Shown here piece by piece: positions 28,259 through 42,482 of a stretch of 64,000 bases of DNA. Made by a program: the position numbers and the translations under genes. Source of the stretch: the human T2T-CHM13v2.0 reference genome, Homo sapiens; assembly GCF_009914755.1 (NCBI RefSeq), contig NC_060939.1; one strand, 5' to 3'. Position 1 is the first letter of the stretch. Each line of letters opens with the position of its first letter. The notes under the pieces were generated by a model. That model was not told where the DNA came from. It did no database searches and saw only the letters and a list, made by a program, of their open reading frames with translations.

Positions 28259-31200
28259 CCATTTCATTCCATTCGATTCCCTTCCATTGGAATCCTTTCC
28301 ATTCGAGTGCATTCCATTCCGTTCCATGTCTTTCTGTTCTGTATGATTCCTACTGTTCGATTTCATTTTGTTCCAGTCTATTCCTTTCACGTTCATTCCA
28401 TTCCATTTCACTCCATTCGATTCCATTCCACTCGATTCCACTCCATTCCATTTCACTGCATTCCATTCTATTCAATTCTATTGCATTCCATTCCATTCAA
28501 TTCTATTGCATTCCATTCCATTCCATTTGAATTCGAATCAATTACATTGCAATCCATTACTATTGAGTCCGTTTTATTCCAGTCCACTCCATTCTGGTCC
28601 ATTCAATTTGATTCCATTCCTTTTGATTCCATTCCATTCTATTCCATTCCATACAGTTGCATTCCATTGGATTCCATTCTATATCTATAAATTCAATTCG
28701 AGACCAATGCTTTTGAGTCCATTCTGTATGATTCCATTCCATTCAAGTCCATTACATTTGGTTCCATTCCATTCCATTCCATTCCCTTCCATTCCATTCC
28801 ATTTGATATCAATCCATTCGATTCCATTCCATTCGAGCACATTCCATTCGAGTCCATTCCATTCGATGCCATTCCATTTGATTCTATTCCATTAGTCTCC
28901 ATTCAATTCCACTAATCTCCATTCCATTCCATTCTACTCCAACTGATTCCATTCCATTCTGTTCCTTTCCATTCCATTTCATTCCATTCCATTCCATTCG
29001 CTTCCATTCCATTCGTGTCCATTCCACTCCAGTCCATTCCATTCGTGTCCATTCCATTCCAGTCCATTCCATTTGTGTCCACTGCATTCCATTCCACTCC
29101 ATTCCATATTATTCCATTACACTCCATTCCATTCTATTACTTTCATTTCCATTCAATTCCATTCCATTTGATTCCATTCCACTCTGTTTCATTCCATTTG
29201 AGTCCACTCCATTGCATTCCATTCCATTCCATTCAGTTCCATTCCATTCCGTTCCATTGCATTCCATTCCATTCGGTACCATTCCATATTGTTCCATTCG
29301 ATTCCATTCGAATCCATTCCATTCCAGTCCATTCCATTCGATTCCATTCCATTCCTTTCAATTCCATTCCATTCCATTTGACTTGAATCCACTCCATTCC
29401 CTTCCACTGCATTCCATTCGATTCCATTCCATTGCATTGCATTCCATTCCATTGGATTGCATTCTATTCGATTTCATTCCATTCCAATCAATTACATAGC
29501 AATCTATTACAAAGCCATTCCATTCCATTCCATTCCATTCCATTCCATTCTGTACCATTCCATATTGTTCCTTTCGATACCATTCGAATCCATTCCATTC
29601 CAGTCCATTCCATTCGATTCCATTCCATTACTTTCTATTCCATTCCTTTCAATTCCATTGCATTCCATTCCATTCCACTTGATTCCACTCCATTCCCTTC
29701 CACTGCATTCCATTCGATTCCATTCCATTGCATTGCATTCCATTCCATTGGATTGCATTCCATTCGAATCCATTCCATTCCAATCAATTACATAGCAATC
29801 CATGACATTCGAGTCTATTCTATTCCGTTCCATTCGATTTCGTTCCAATCCATTCGATTCCATTCCATTCGATTCCATTCCATACTATTGCATTCCTTTC
29901 CATTAAATTATATTCGAATAAATTCCATTCAAGACCATTTCTGTTGAGTCCATTCTACTTGAGTCCATTCCCTTTGATCCGATAACATTTGAGTCCATTC
30001 AATTCCATTCCTTTCGTTTCCATTCCATTTGATGCCATTCCATTCAATTCTGTTCTACTCGACTCCAATACATTCAATTCCATTCCATCCGATTCCATTA
30101 CATTCTTTTCATTTCTTATCCATTTCAAGCCATTCCATTCCATTCCATTCCATTCCACTCGTTTCCTTTCCGTTCGAGTCCATTCCACTCCAGTCCATTC
30201 CATTCGAATCCATTTCACTCCAGTCCATTCCATTCGAATCCATTTCACTCCAGTCCATTAAATTCGAGTGCATTCCATTCCATTCTATTCAATGCCATTC
30301 CATTCGATTCTATTCCATTCGACACCATTCCTTTCCATTCCGTTCCATCCGATTCCATTCCATTGTATTCCATTCAATTCCATTCCATTGCATTCCATTC
30401 CATTCCAATCGTTTCCATTCCATTCGAATTCATTCCACTCAAGTCCATTCCATTCGAGTCCATTCCATTCCAGTCCATTCCAACAGAGTCCATTGCTTTC
30501 CATTCCATTCGATATCTTCCCATTACAGTCCATTCCATTCTATTCCTTTGGTTCCCATTCAATTAAATTCCATTGGATTACATTTCATTCGATTCCATTC
30601 CATTCGACTCCATTCCATTCGAGTCCATTCCATTCCAGTCCATTCCATTCGATTCCATTCCATTCGATTCCATTCCACTCATTTCCACTCCGTTGCGTTC
30701 CATTGCATTCCATTCCATTCCATTGGATTACATTCCATTCGATTCCATTCCATTCGAATCAATTGCATTGCAATGCATTACATTCATGCCCTTTCTATTA
30801 AAGTCCAATCCATTATGGTCCATTCCATTCAATTCCATTCTATTCCATTCCATTCGAATCAATTACATTGCAATCCATCACATTCGAGTACGTTCTGTTC
30901 CAGTCCATTCAGTTCTGGTCTATTCCATTCAATTCCATTCCCTTTGATTCCATTCCATTTTTGTACATTCCATTGGATTCCATCTTATTGAAATAAGTTC
31001 TATTCGAGACCATTTCTTCGAGTCCAATCAATTTGAGTCCATTCCATTCGAGTCCATTACATCTGGGTCTATTCCATTCCATCCCATTCCGTTCGATGCC
31101 ATTCAATTTGATTCTTTTCCATTCGTCTCCATTCCTTTCCATTCAGTTCCATCGGATTCCATTCCATTCTATTCCTTTCCATTACATTGCATTCCATTCC

Positions 31201-33365
31201 ATTCCACTGGAGACCATTCCACTTCAGTGCATTCCATTCCAGTGTATTCCATTCCATTACATTCCATTCCATTCCATTCGATATCTTTCCATTACACTCC
31301 ATTCCATTGTATTCCTTTACAGTCCATTCAATTCCATTCTATTCGATTCCATTCAATTCAATTCCATTACATTCGACTCCATTTCATTAGTGTCCATTGC
31401 AATCCATTCCATTCCATTTCTTTAGGTTCTATTCCATTCCGTTCGATTCCATTTTATTCCAGTCCATTGCATTCGAGTCCATTGCATTCCAGTGCAATTC
31501 ATTTGATTCCACTCCATTCGATTCCATTCCACTCAATTCCACTCCGTTCCATTCCTTTGCGTTCCTTTCTATTCCATTCCATTGCATACCATTCCATTCC
31601 ATTCCATTCCATTCCATTTCATTTGTTTACATTCCATTGAATTCCAATCCAGTTGTATCAATTACATTGCAGTCCATTACATTCGAGTCTGTTCTATCCC
31701 AGTTCATTCGATTCTGGTGCATTCCATTCGATTCCATTCCATTCGATACCATTCAATACTATTGCAGTCCATTCCATTCGAGTCTGTTCTATCCCAGTTC
31801 ATTCGATTCTGGTGCATTCCATTCGATTCCATTCCATTCGATACCATTCCATACTATTGCAGTCCATTCCATTCCATTGTTTTCGAATAAATTCCAATTG
31901 AGACCATTCCTTTCGTGTCCATTCTATTTGACTCCATTCCATTTGAGTCCATTAAATTTGTGCACTTTCCATTCCTTTCCATTCCATTCCATTCGGTGCC
32001 ATTCCATTCCACTCTATTCCATTCAAGTCCATTCCATTTGAGTCCATTCCATTCCATTCGATGCCATTACATTCAATTCTATTCCATTCGACTCCATTCC
32101 ATTCCATTCCCTTCCAAACGATTCCATTCCATTCTATTACTTTCTATTCCAATCCATTCCATTCCGTTCCATTCGTTTCCATTCCATTCGAGTCCACTCC
32201 ACTCCAGTCCATTCCATTCCAGTCCATTCCATTCCAGTCCATTCCATTCAAGTCCATTCCACTCCATTCCATTCCATTCGATATCTTTCGATAACACGCC
32301 ATTCCATTCTGTTCCTTACAATTCAATTCAATTCCATTCCATTTGATTCCATTCCATTTGATTACATTCCATTCGACTCCATTCCATTCGACTCTATTCC
32401 ATTCAAGTCCATTCCATTCCATTCCATTGCATTCCGTTCGAATCCCTATTCCATTCCATTTTGTTCCAGTCCATTCCATTTGAGTCCATTCCATGCCAAT
32501 CCATTCCATTCGATTCCATTCCAATTGATTCCATTGCACTCGAATCCAGTGCGTTCCATTCCATTGCTTTCCATTCTATTACATTCCATTGCATTCCATT
32601 ACATTCCATTTGATTACATTCCATTCAATTCCATTAATTTCGAATCAATTACATTGCAATCCATTGCATTCGAGTTCTATTCCAGTCCATTGCATTCCGG
32701 CGCATTCCGTTCCATTCCATTCCATTCCATTCCATTCCATTCGAATCGATTGCATTGCAATGCTTTACATTCGAGTCCGTTTTATTCCAGTCCAATCCAT
32801 TCCGGTCCATTCCGTTCGATTCCATTCCATTCGATGCCACTCCATACTATTGTATTTCATTCGATTGCATTCTATTCAAATAAATTCCATTCGAGACCAT
32901 TCGTTTCGAGTCCATACTATTTGAGTCCATGCCATTTGAGTCCATTACATTTGGGTCCATTCCATTCAATTCCATTGCAATCCATTCCATTCGATGTCAC
33001 CCCATTCATTTCTATTCCATTAGAGTCCATGTCATTCGAGTCCATTCCATTCTATTCCATTCCACTCCATTCCATTCCATTCCATTCCATTCTATCCAAT
33101 TCCGTTCCATTCTATTCCTTTAAAGTCCATTCCATTCCATTCCATTCATTTCCATTCCATTCGAGTAAAGTCCACTCCAGTCCTTTCCATTCGAGCCCAT
33201 TCCTCTCCAGTCCATTCCGTTCAATCCATTCCACCCCAGTCCATTCCATTCGAGTCCGTTCCATTCCAGTCCGTTCCATTCGAGTCAATTCCATTCCATT
33301 TGATATCTTTCCATAACGATCCATTCCATTCTATTCCTTTCAATTCCATTCAATTCCATTCCATT
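28259..33365 (+). repeat. Long-form monomer U8 (5,107 bp) with ~296-bp and 95-bp internal duplications
   Basis: aacagagtcc at 30482; duplicated blocks at ~29.2-29.8 kb and ~31.68-31.87 kb. Confidence 0.82.
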
Positions 33366-35430
33366 CCATTTCATTCCATTCGATTCCCTTCCTTTGGACT
33401 CCTTTCCATTCGTGTGCATTCCATTCCGTTCCATTTCTTTCTGTTCTGTATGATTCCTACAGTTCGATTTCATTTTGTTCCAGTCTATTCCTTTCACGTT
33501 CATTCCATTCAATTTCACTCCATTCGATTCCATTCCACTCGATTCCACTCCGTTCCATCTCACTGCATTGCATTCTATTCAATTCTATTGCATTGTATTC
33601 CATTCCATTTGATTACATTCCATGCGATTCCATTCGAATTCGAATCAATTACCTTGAAATCCATTACTATTGAGTCCGTTTTATTCCAGTCCACTCCATT
33701 CTGGTCCATTCCATTTGATTCCATTCCATTCTATTCCATTCCATAAAGTTGCATTCCATTCGTTTCCATTCCATTCGAATTCATTCCACTCAAGTCCATT
33801 CCATTCGAGTCCATTCCATTAGATATCATTCCATACTATTGAATTCCATTCGATTCCATTGTTTTCCAATAAATTCCAACCGAGACCGTTCCTTTCGTGT
33901 CCATTCTATTTGACTGCATTCCATTTGAGTCCATTAAATTTCTGCACATTCCATTCCTTTCCATTCCATTCCATTCCATTCCATTCGGTGCCATTCCATT
34001 CCACTCTACTCCATTCAAGTCCATTCCATTTGAGTCCATTGCATTGATTCGATGCCATTACTTTCAATTCTATTACATTCGACTCCATTCCATTCCATTC
34101 CCTTCCAAACGATTCCATTCCTTTCTATTACTTTCTATTCCAATCCATTCCATTCCGTTCCATTCGTTTCCATTCCATTCGTGTCCACTCCATTCCAGTC
34201 CATTCCACTCGATTCCATTCCATTCCAGTCCATTCTATTCAAGTCCATTCCACTCCATTCCATTCCATTCGATATCTTTCGATAACACCCCATTCCATTC
34301 TGCTCCTTACTATTCAATTCAATTCCATTCCATTTGATTCCATTCCATTTGATTACATTCCATTCGACTCCATTCCATTCGACTCTATTCCATTCGAGTC
34401 CATTCCATTCCATTCCATTGCATTCCGTTCGAATCCCTATTCCATCCATTTTGTTACTGTCCATTCCATTTGAGTCCATTCCACGCCAAACCATTCCATT
34501 CGATTCCATTCCAATAGATTCCATTGCACTCGAATCCATTGCGTTCCATTCCATTGCTTTCCATTCTATTACATTCCATTGCATTACATTCCATTCCATT
34601 TGATTGCATTCCATTCAATTCCATTAATTTCGAATCAGTTACATTGCAATCCATTGCATTCGAGTTCTATTCCAGTCCATTGCATTCCGGCGCATGCCGT
34701 TCCATTCCATTCCATTCGCTTCCGTTCCATTCGAATCGATTGCATTGCAATGCTTTACATTCGAGTCCGTTTTATTCCAGTCCAATCCATTCCGGTCCAT
34801 TCCGTTCGATTCAATTCCATTCGATGCCACTCCATACTATTGTATTTCATTCGATTCCATTCTATTCAAATAAATTCCATTCGAGACCATTCCTTTCGAG
34901 TCCATTCTATTTGAGTCCATTCCATTCGAGTCCATTATATTTGGGTCCATTCCATTCAATTCCATTGCAATCCATTCCACTCGATGTCACTCCATTCATT
35001 TCTATTCCATTAGAGTCCATGTCATTCGAGTCCATTCCATTCTATTCTATTCCACTCCATTCCGTTCCATTCCACTCCATTCCATTCATTGCCGTTCCAT
35101 TCAATTCTATTATATTCCACTCCATTTAATTCCATTCCATTCCATTCCATTCCATTCTATCCAATTCCGTTCCATTCTATTCCTTTAAACTCCATTCCAT
35201 TCCATTCCATTCGTTTCCATTCCATTCGAGTAAAGTCCACTCCAGTCCTTTCCATTCGAGTCCATTCCTCTCCAGTCCATTCCGTTCAATCCATTCCATT
35301 CCAGTCCATTCCATTCGAGTCCGTTCCATTCCAGTCCATTCCATTCGAGTCAATTCCATTCCATTCGATATCTTTCCATAACGATCCATTCCATTCTATT
35401 CCTTTCGATTCCATTCAATTCCATTCCATT
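33366..35430 (+). repeat. Truncated monomer U9 (2,065 bp) with a ~1,440-bp deletion
   Basis: Junction ccataaagttgcattccatt|cgtttcc at ~33760. Confidence 0.85.
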
Positions 35431-38400
35431 CTATTTCATTCCATTCGATTCCCTTCCATTGGACTCCTTTCCATTCGAGTGCATTCCATTCCGTTCCATT
35501 TCTTTCTGTTCTGTATGATTCCTACAGTTCGATTTCATTTTGTTCCAGTCTATTCCTTTCAAGTCCATTCCATTTCACTCCATTCGATTCCATTCCACTC
35601 GATTCCACTCCGTTCCATTTCATTGCATTCCATTCTATTCAATTCTATTGCATTCCACTCCATTCCATTTGATTACATTCCATGCGATTCCATTCGAATT
35701 CGAATCAATTACATTGAAATCCATTACTATTGAGTCCGTTTTATTCCAGTCCACTCCATTCTGCTCCATTCCATTTGGTTCCATTCCATTCTATTCCATT
35801 CCGTACAGTTGCATTCCATTGGATTCCATTCTACATCTATAAATGCAACTCGAGACCATTGCTTTGGAGTCCATTCTATATGATTCCATTCCATTCAAGT
35901 CCATTACATTTGGTTCAATTCCATTCCATTCCATTCCCTTCCATTCCATTCCATTTGATATCAATCCATACGATTCCATTCCATTCGAGCACATTCCATT
36001 CGAGTCCATTCCATTCGATGCCATTCCATTTAATTCTATTCCATTAGACTCCATTCAATTCCATTAATCTCCATTCCATTCCATTCTACTCCAACTGATT
36101 CCATTCCATTCTATTCCTTTCCATTCCATTCCATTCCATTCCATTCGCTTCCATTCCATTCGTGTCCATTCCACTCCAGTCCATTCCATTCGTGTCCATT
36201 CCATTCCAGTCCATTCCATTTGTGTCCACTGCATTCCATTCCACTCCATTCCATATTATTCCATTACACTCCATTCCATTCTATTACTTTCATTTCCATT
36301 CAGTTCCATTCCATTTGATTCTATTCCACTCGGTTTCACTCCATTTGAGTCCATTCCATTCCATTCCATTCCATTCCATTCCATTCCATTCCATCCCATT
36401 CCATTCCGTTCCATTCTGTTCCATTCCATTCCATTCCATTCGGTACCATTCCATATTGTTCCATTCGATTCCATTCGAATCCATTCCATTCCAGTCCATT
36501 CCATTCGATTCCATTCCATTCCTTTCAATTCCATTCCATTCCATTCCATTCCACTTGATTCCACTCCATTCCCTTCCACTGCATTCCATTCGATTCCATT
36601 CCATTGCATTGCATTCCATTCCATTGGATTGCATTCAATTCGATTCAATTCCATTCCAATCAATTACATAGCAATCCATTACATTCGAGTCTATTCTATT
36701 CCGTTCCATTCGATTTCGTTCCAATCCATTCGATTCCATTCCATTCGATTCCATTCCATACTATTGCCTTCCATTCGATTAAATTATATTCGAATAAATT
36801 CCATTCAAGACCATTTCTGTTGAGTGTATTCTACTTGAGTCCATTCCTTTTGATTCCATAACATTTGAGTCCATTCAATTCCATTCCTTTCGTTTCCATT
36901 CCATTTGATGCCATTCCATTCAATTCTGTTCTACTCGACTCCAATACATTCAATTCCTTTCCATCCGATTCCATTACATTCTTTTCATTTCTTATCCATT
37001 TCAAGCCATTCCATTCCATTCCATTCCATTCCACTCGTTTCCTTACCATTCGAATCCATTCCACTCCTGTCCATTCCATTCGAATCCATTTCACTCCAGT
37101 CCATTCCATTCGAATCCATTTCACTCCAGTCCATTAAATTCGAGTACATTCCATTCCATTCTATTCAATGCCATTCCATTCGATTCTATTCCATTCGACA
37201 CCATTCCTTTCCATTCCGTTCCATCCGATTCCATTCCATTGTATTCCATTCAATTCCATTCCATTGCATTCCATTCGTTTCCCTTCCATTCGAATTCATT
37301 CCACTCAAGTCCATTCCATTCGAGTCCATTCCATTCGATATCATTCCATACTATTGCATTCCATTCGATTCCATTGTTTTCGAATAAATTCCAACCGAGA
37401 CGGTTCCTTTCGTGTCCATTCTATTTGACTGCATTCCATTTGAGTCCATTAAATTTCTGCACATTCCATTCCTTTCCATTCCATTCCATTCCATTCCTTT
37501 CGGTGCCATTCCATTCCACTCTACTCCATTCAAGTCCATTCCATTTGAGTCCATTCCATTGATTCGATGCCATTACTTTCAATTCTATTCCATTCGACTC
37601 CATTCCATTCCATTCCCTTCCAAACGATTCCATTCCATTCTATTACTTTCTATTCCAATCCATTCCATTCCGTTCCATTCGTTTCCATTCCATTCAAGTC
37701 CTCTCCATTCCAGTCCATTCCATTCGAGTCCATTGCATTCCAGTCCATTCCATTCAAGTCCATTCCACTCCATTCCATTCCATTCGATATCTTTCAATAA
37801 CACCCCATTCCATTCTGCTCCTTACTATTCAATTCAATTCCATTCCATTTGATTCCATTCCATTTGATTACATTCCATTCGACTCCATTCCATTCGACTC
37901 TATTCCATTCGAGTCCATTCCATTCCATTCCATTGCATTCCTTTCGAATCCCTATTCCATTCCATTTTGTTACTGTCCATTCCATTTGAGTCCATTCCAT
38001 GCCAAAGCATTCCATTCGATTCCATTCCAATAGATTCCATTGCACTCGAATCCAGTGCGTTCCATTCCATTGCTTTCCATTCTATTTCATTCCATTGCAT
38101 TACATTCCATTCCATTTGATTGCATTCCATTCAATTCCATTAATTTCGAATCAATTACATTGCAATCCATTGCATTCGAGTTCTATTCCTGTCCATTGCA
38201 TTCCGGAGCATGCCGTTCCATTCCATTCCATTCGCTTCCGTTCCATTCGAATCGATTGCATTGCAATTCTTTACATTCGAGTCCGTTTTATTCCAGTCCA
38301 ATCCATTCCGGTCCATTCCGTTCGATTCCATTCCATTCGATGCCACTCCATACTATTGTATTTCATTCGATTCCATTCTATTCAAATAAATTCCATTCGA

Positions 38401-41400
38401 GACCATTCCTTTCGGGTCCATTCTATTTGAGTCCATTCAATTGGAGTCCATTATATTTGGGTCCATTCCATTCAATTCCATTGCAATCCATTCCATTCGA
38501 TGTCACTCCATTCATTTCTATTCCATTAGAGTCCATGTCATTCGAGTCCATTCCATTCTATTCTATTCCACTCCATTCCATTCCATTACACTCCATTCCA
38601 TTCGTTGCCGTTCCATTCAATTCTATTATATTCCACTCCACTTTATTCCATTCCACTCCATTCCATTCCATTCTATCCAATTCCATTCCATTCTATTCCT
38701 TTAAACTCCATTCCATTCCATTCCATTCGTTTCCATTCCATTCGAGTAAAGTCCACTCCAGTCCTTTCCATTCGAGTCCATTCCTCTCCAGTCCATTCCG
38801 TTCAATCCATTCCATTCCAGTCCATTCCATTCGAGTCCGTTCCATTCCAGTCCATTCCATTCGAGTCAATTCCATTCCATTCGATATCTTTCCATAACGA
38901 TCCATTCCATTCTATTCCTTTCGATTCCATTCAATTCCATTCCATTCTATTTCATTCCATTCGATTCCCTTCCATTGGACTCCTTTCCATTCGAGTGCAT
39001 TCCATTCCGTTCCATTTCTTTCTGTTCTGTATGATTCCTACAGTTCGATTTCATTTTGTTCCAGTCTATTCCTTTCAAGTCCATTCCATTCCATTTCACT
39101 CCATTCGATTCCATTCCACTCGATTCCACTCCGTTCCATTTCATTGCATTCCATTCTATTCAATTCTATTGCATTCCATTCCTTTCCATTTGATTACATT
39201 CCATGCGATTCCATTCGAATTCGAATCAATTACATTGAAATCTATTACTATTGAGTCCGTTTTATTCCAGTCCACTCCATTCTGCTCCATTCCATTTGAT
39301 TCCATTCCATTCTATTCCTTTCCGTACAGTTGTATTCCATTGGATTCCATTCTATATCTATAAATGCAACTCGAGACCATTGCTTTGGAGTCCATTCTAT
39401 ATGATTCCATTCCATTCAAGTCCATTACATTTGGTTCAATTCCATTCCATTCCATTCCCTTCCATTCCATTCCATTTGATATCAATCCATACGATTCCAT
39501 TCCATTCGAGCACATTCCATTCGAGTCCATTCCATTCGATGCCATTCCGTTTAATTCTATTCCATTAGACTCCATTCAATTCCAATAATATCCATTCCAT
39601 TCCATTCTACTCCAACTGATTCCATTCCATTCTATTCCTTTCCATTCCATTCCATTCCATTCCATTCGCTTCCATTCCATTCGTGTCCATTCCACTCCAG
39701 TCCATTCCATTCGTGTCCATTCCACTCCAGTCCATTCCATTCATGTCCATTCCATTCCAGTCCATTCCATTTTTGTCCACTGCATTCCATTCCACTCCAT
39801 TCCATATTATTCCATTACACTCCTTTCCATTCTATTACTTTCATTTCCTTTCAGTTCCATTCGATTTGATTCCATTCCACTCGGTTTCACTCCATTTGAG
39901 TTCATTCCATTCCATTCCATTCCATTCCATTCCATTCCATTCCATTCTGTTCCATTCCATTCCATTCCATTCGGTACCATTCCGTATTGTTCCATTCGAT
40001 TCCATTCGAATCCATTCCATTCCAGTCCATTCCATTCGATTCCATTCCATTCCTTTCAATTCCATTCCATTCCATTCGATTCCACTTGATTCCACTCCAT
40101 TCCCTTCCACTGCATTCCATTCGATTCCATTCCATTGCATTGCATTCCATTCCATTGCATTGCATTCCATTCGATTCAATTCCATTCCAATCAATTACAT
40201 AGCAATCCATTACATTCGAGTCTATTCTATTCCGTTCCATTCGATTTCGTTCCAATCCATTCGATTCCATTCCATTCGGTTCCATTCCATACTATTGCCT
40301 TCCATTCGATTAAATTATATTCGAATATATTCCATTCAAGACCATTTCTGTTGAGTCTATTCTACTTGAGTCCATTCCTTTTGATTCCATAACATTTGAG
40401 TCCATTCAATTCCATTCCTTTCGTTTCCATTTCATTTGATGCCATTCAATTCAATTCTGTTCTACTCGACTCCAATACATTCAATTCCATTCCATCCGAT
40501 TCCATTACATTCTTTTCATTTCTTATCAATTTCAAGCCATTCCATTCCATTCCATTCCACTCGTTTCCTTACCATTCGAGTCCATTCCTCTCCTGTCCAT
40601 TCCATTCGAATCCATTTCATTCCAGTCCATTCCATTCGAATCCATTTCACTCCAGTCCATTAAATTCGAGTACATTCCATTCCATTCCATTCAATGCCAT
40701 TCCATTCGATTCTATTCCATTCGACACCATTCCTTTCCATTCCGTTCCATCCGATTCCATTCCATTGTATTCCATTCAATTCCATTCCATTGCATTCCAT
40801 TCGTTTCCATTCCATTCGAATTCATTCCACTCAAGTCCATTCCATTCGAGTCCATTCCATTCGATATCATTCCATACTATTGCATTCCATTCGATTCCAT
40901 TGTTTTCGAATAAATTCCAACCGAGACCGTTCCTTTCGTGTCCATTCTATTTGATTGCATGCCATTTGAGTCCATTAAATTTCTGCACATTCCATTCCTT
41001 TCCATTCCATTCCATTCCATTCCTTTCGGTGCCATTCCATTCCACTCTACTCCATTCAAGTCCATTCCATTTGAGTCCATTCCATTGATTCGATGCCATT
41101 ACTTTCAATTCTATTACATTCGACTCCATTCCATTCCATTCCCTTCCAAACGATTCCATTCCATTCTATTACTTTCTATTCCAATCCATTCCATTCCGTT
41201 CCATTCGTTTCCATTCCATTCGTGTCCACTCCATTCCAGTCCATTCCATTCGATTCCATTCCATTCCAGTCCATTCCATTCAAGTCCATTCCACTCCATT
41301 CCATTCCATTCGATATCTTTCGATAACACCCCATTCCATTCTGCTCCTTACTATTCAATTCAATTCCATTCCATTTGATTCCATTCCATTTGATTACATT

Positions 41401-42482
41401 CCATTCGACTCCATTCCATTCGACTCTATTCCATTCGAGTCCATTCCATTCCATTCCATTGCACTCCGTTCGAATCCCTATTCAATTCCATTTTGTTACT
41501 GTCCATTCCATTTGAGTCCATTCCACGCCAAACCATTCCATTCGATTCCATTCCAATAGTTTCCATTGCACTCGAATCCAGTGCGTTCCATTCCATTGCT
41601 TTCCATTCTATTACATTCCATTCCATTTGATTGCATTACAATCCATTCCATTTGATTGAATTCCATTCAGTTCCATTAATTTCTAATTAATTACATTGCA
41701 ATCCATTGCATTCGAGTTCTATTCCAGTCCATTGCATTCCGGTGCATGCCGTTCCATTCCATTCCATTCGCTTCCGTTCCATTCCAATCGATTGCATTGC
41801 AATGCTTCACATTCGAGTCCGTTTTATTCCAGTCCAGTCCATTCCGGTCCATTACGTTCGATTCCATTCCATTAGATGCCACTCCACACTATTGTATTTC
41901 ATTCGATTCCATTCTATTCAAATAAATTCCATTCGAGACCATTCGTTTCGAGTCCATTCTATTTGAGTCCATTCCATTCGAGTCCATTATATTTGGGTCC
42001 ATTCCATTCAATTCCATTGCAATCCATTCCATTCGATGTCACTCCATTCATTTCTATTCCATTAGAGTCCATGTCATTCGAGTCCATTCCATTGTATTCT
42101 ATTCCACTCCATTCCGTTCCATTCCACTCCATTCCATTAGTTGCCGTTCCATTCAATTCTATTATATTCCACTCCATTTAATTCCATTCCATTCCATTCC
42201 ATTCCATTCTATCCAATTCCGTTCCATTCTATTCCTTTAAAGTCCATTCCATTCCATTCCATTCGTTTCCATTCCATTCGAGTAAAGTCCACTCCAGTCC
42301 TTTCCATTCTAGTCCATTCCTCTCCAGTCCATTCCGTTCAATCCATTCCATTCCAGTCCATTCTATTCGAGTCCGTTCCATTCCAGTCCATTCCATTCGA
42401 GTCAATTCCATTCCATTCGATATCTTTCCATAACGATCCATTCCATTCTATTCCTTTCGATTCCATTCAATTCCATTCCATT
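35431..42482 (+). repeat. Two standard monomers U10 (3,516 bp) and U11 (3,536 bp)
   Basis: Landmarks at 35431, 38947, 42483. Confidence 0.88.
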
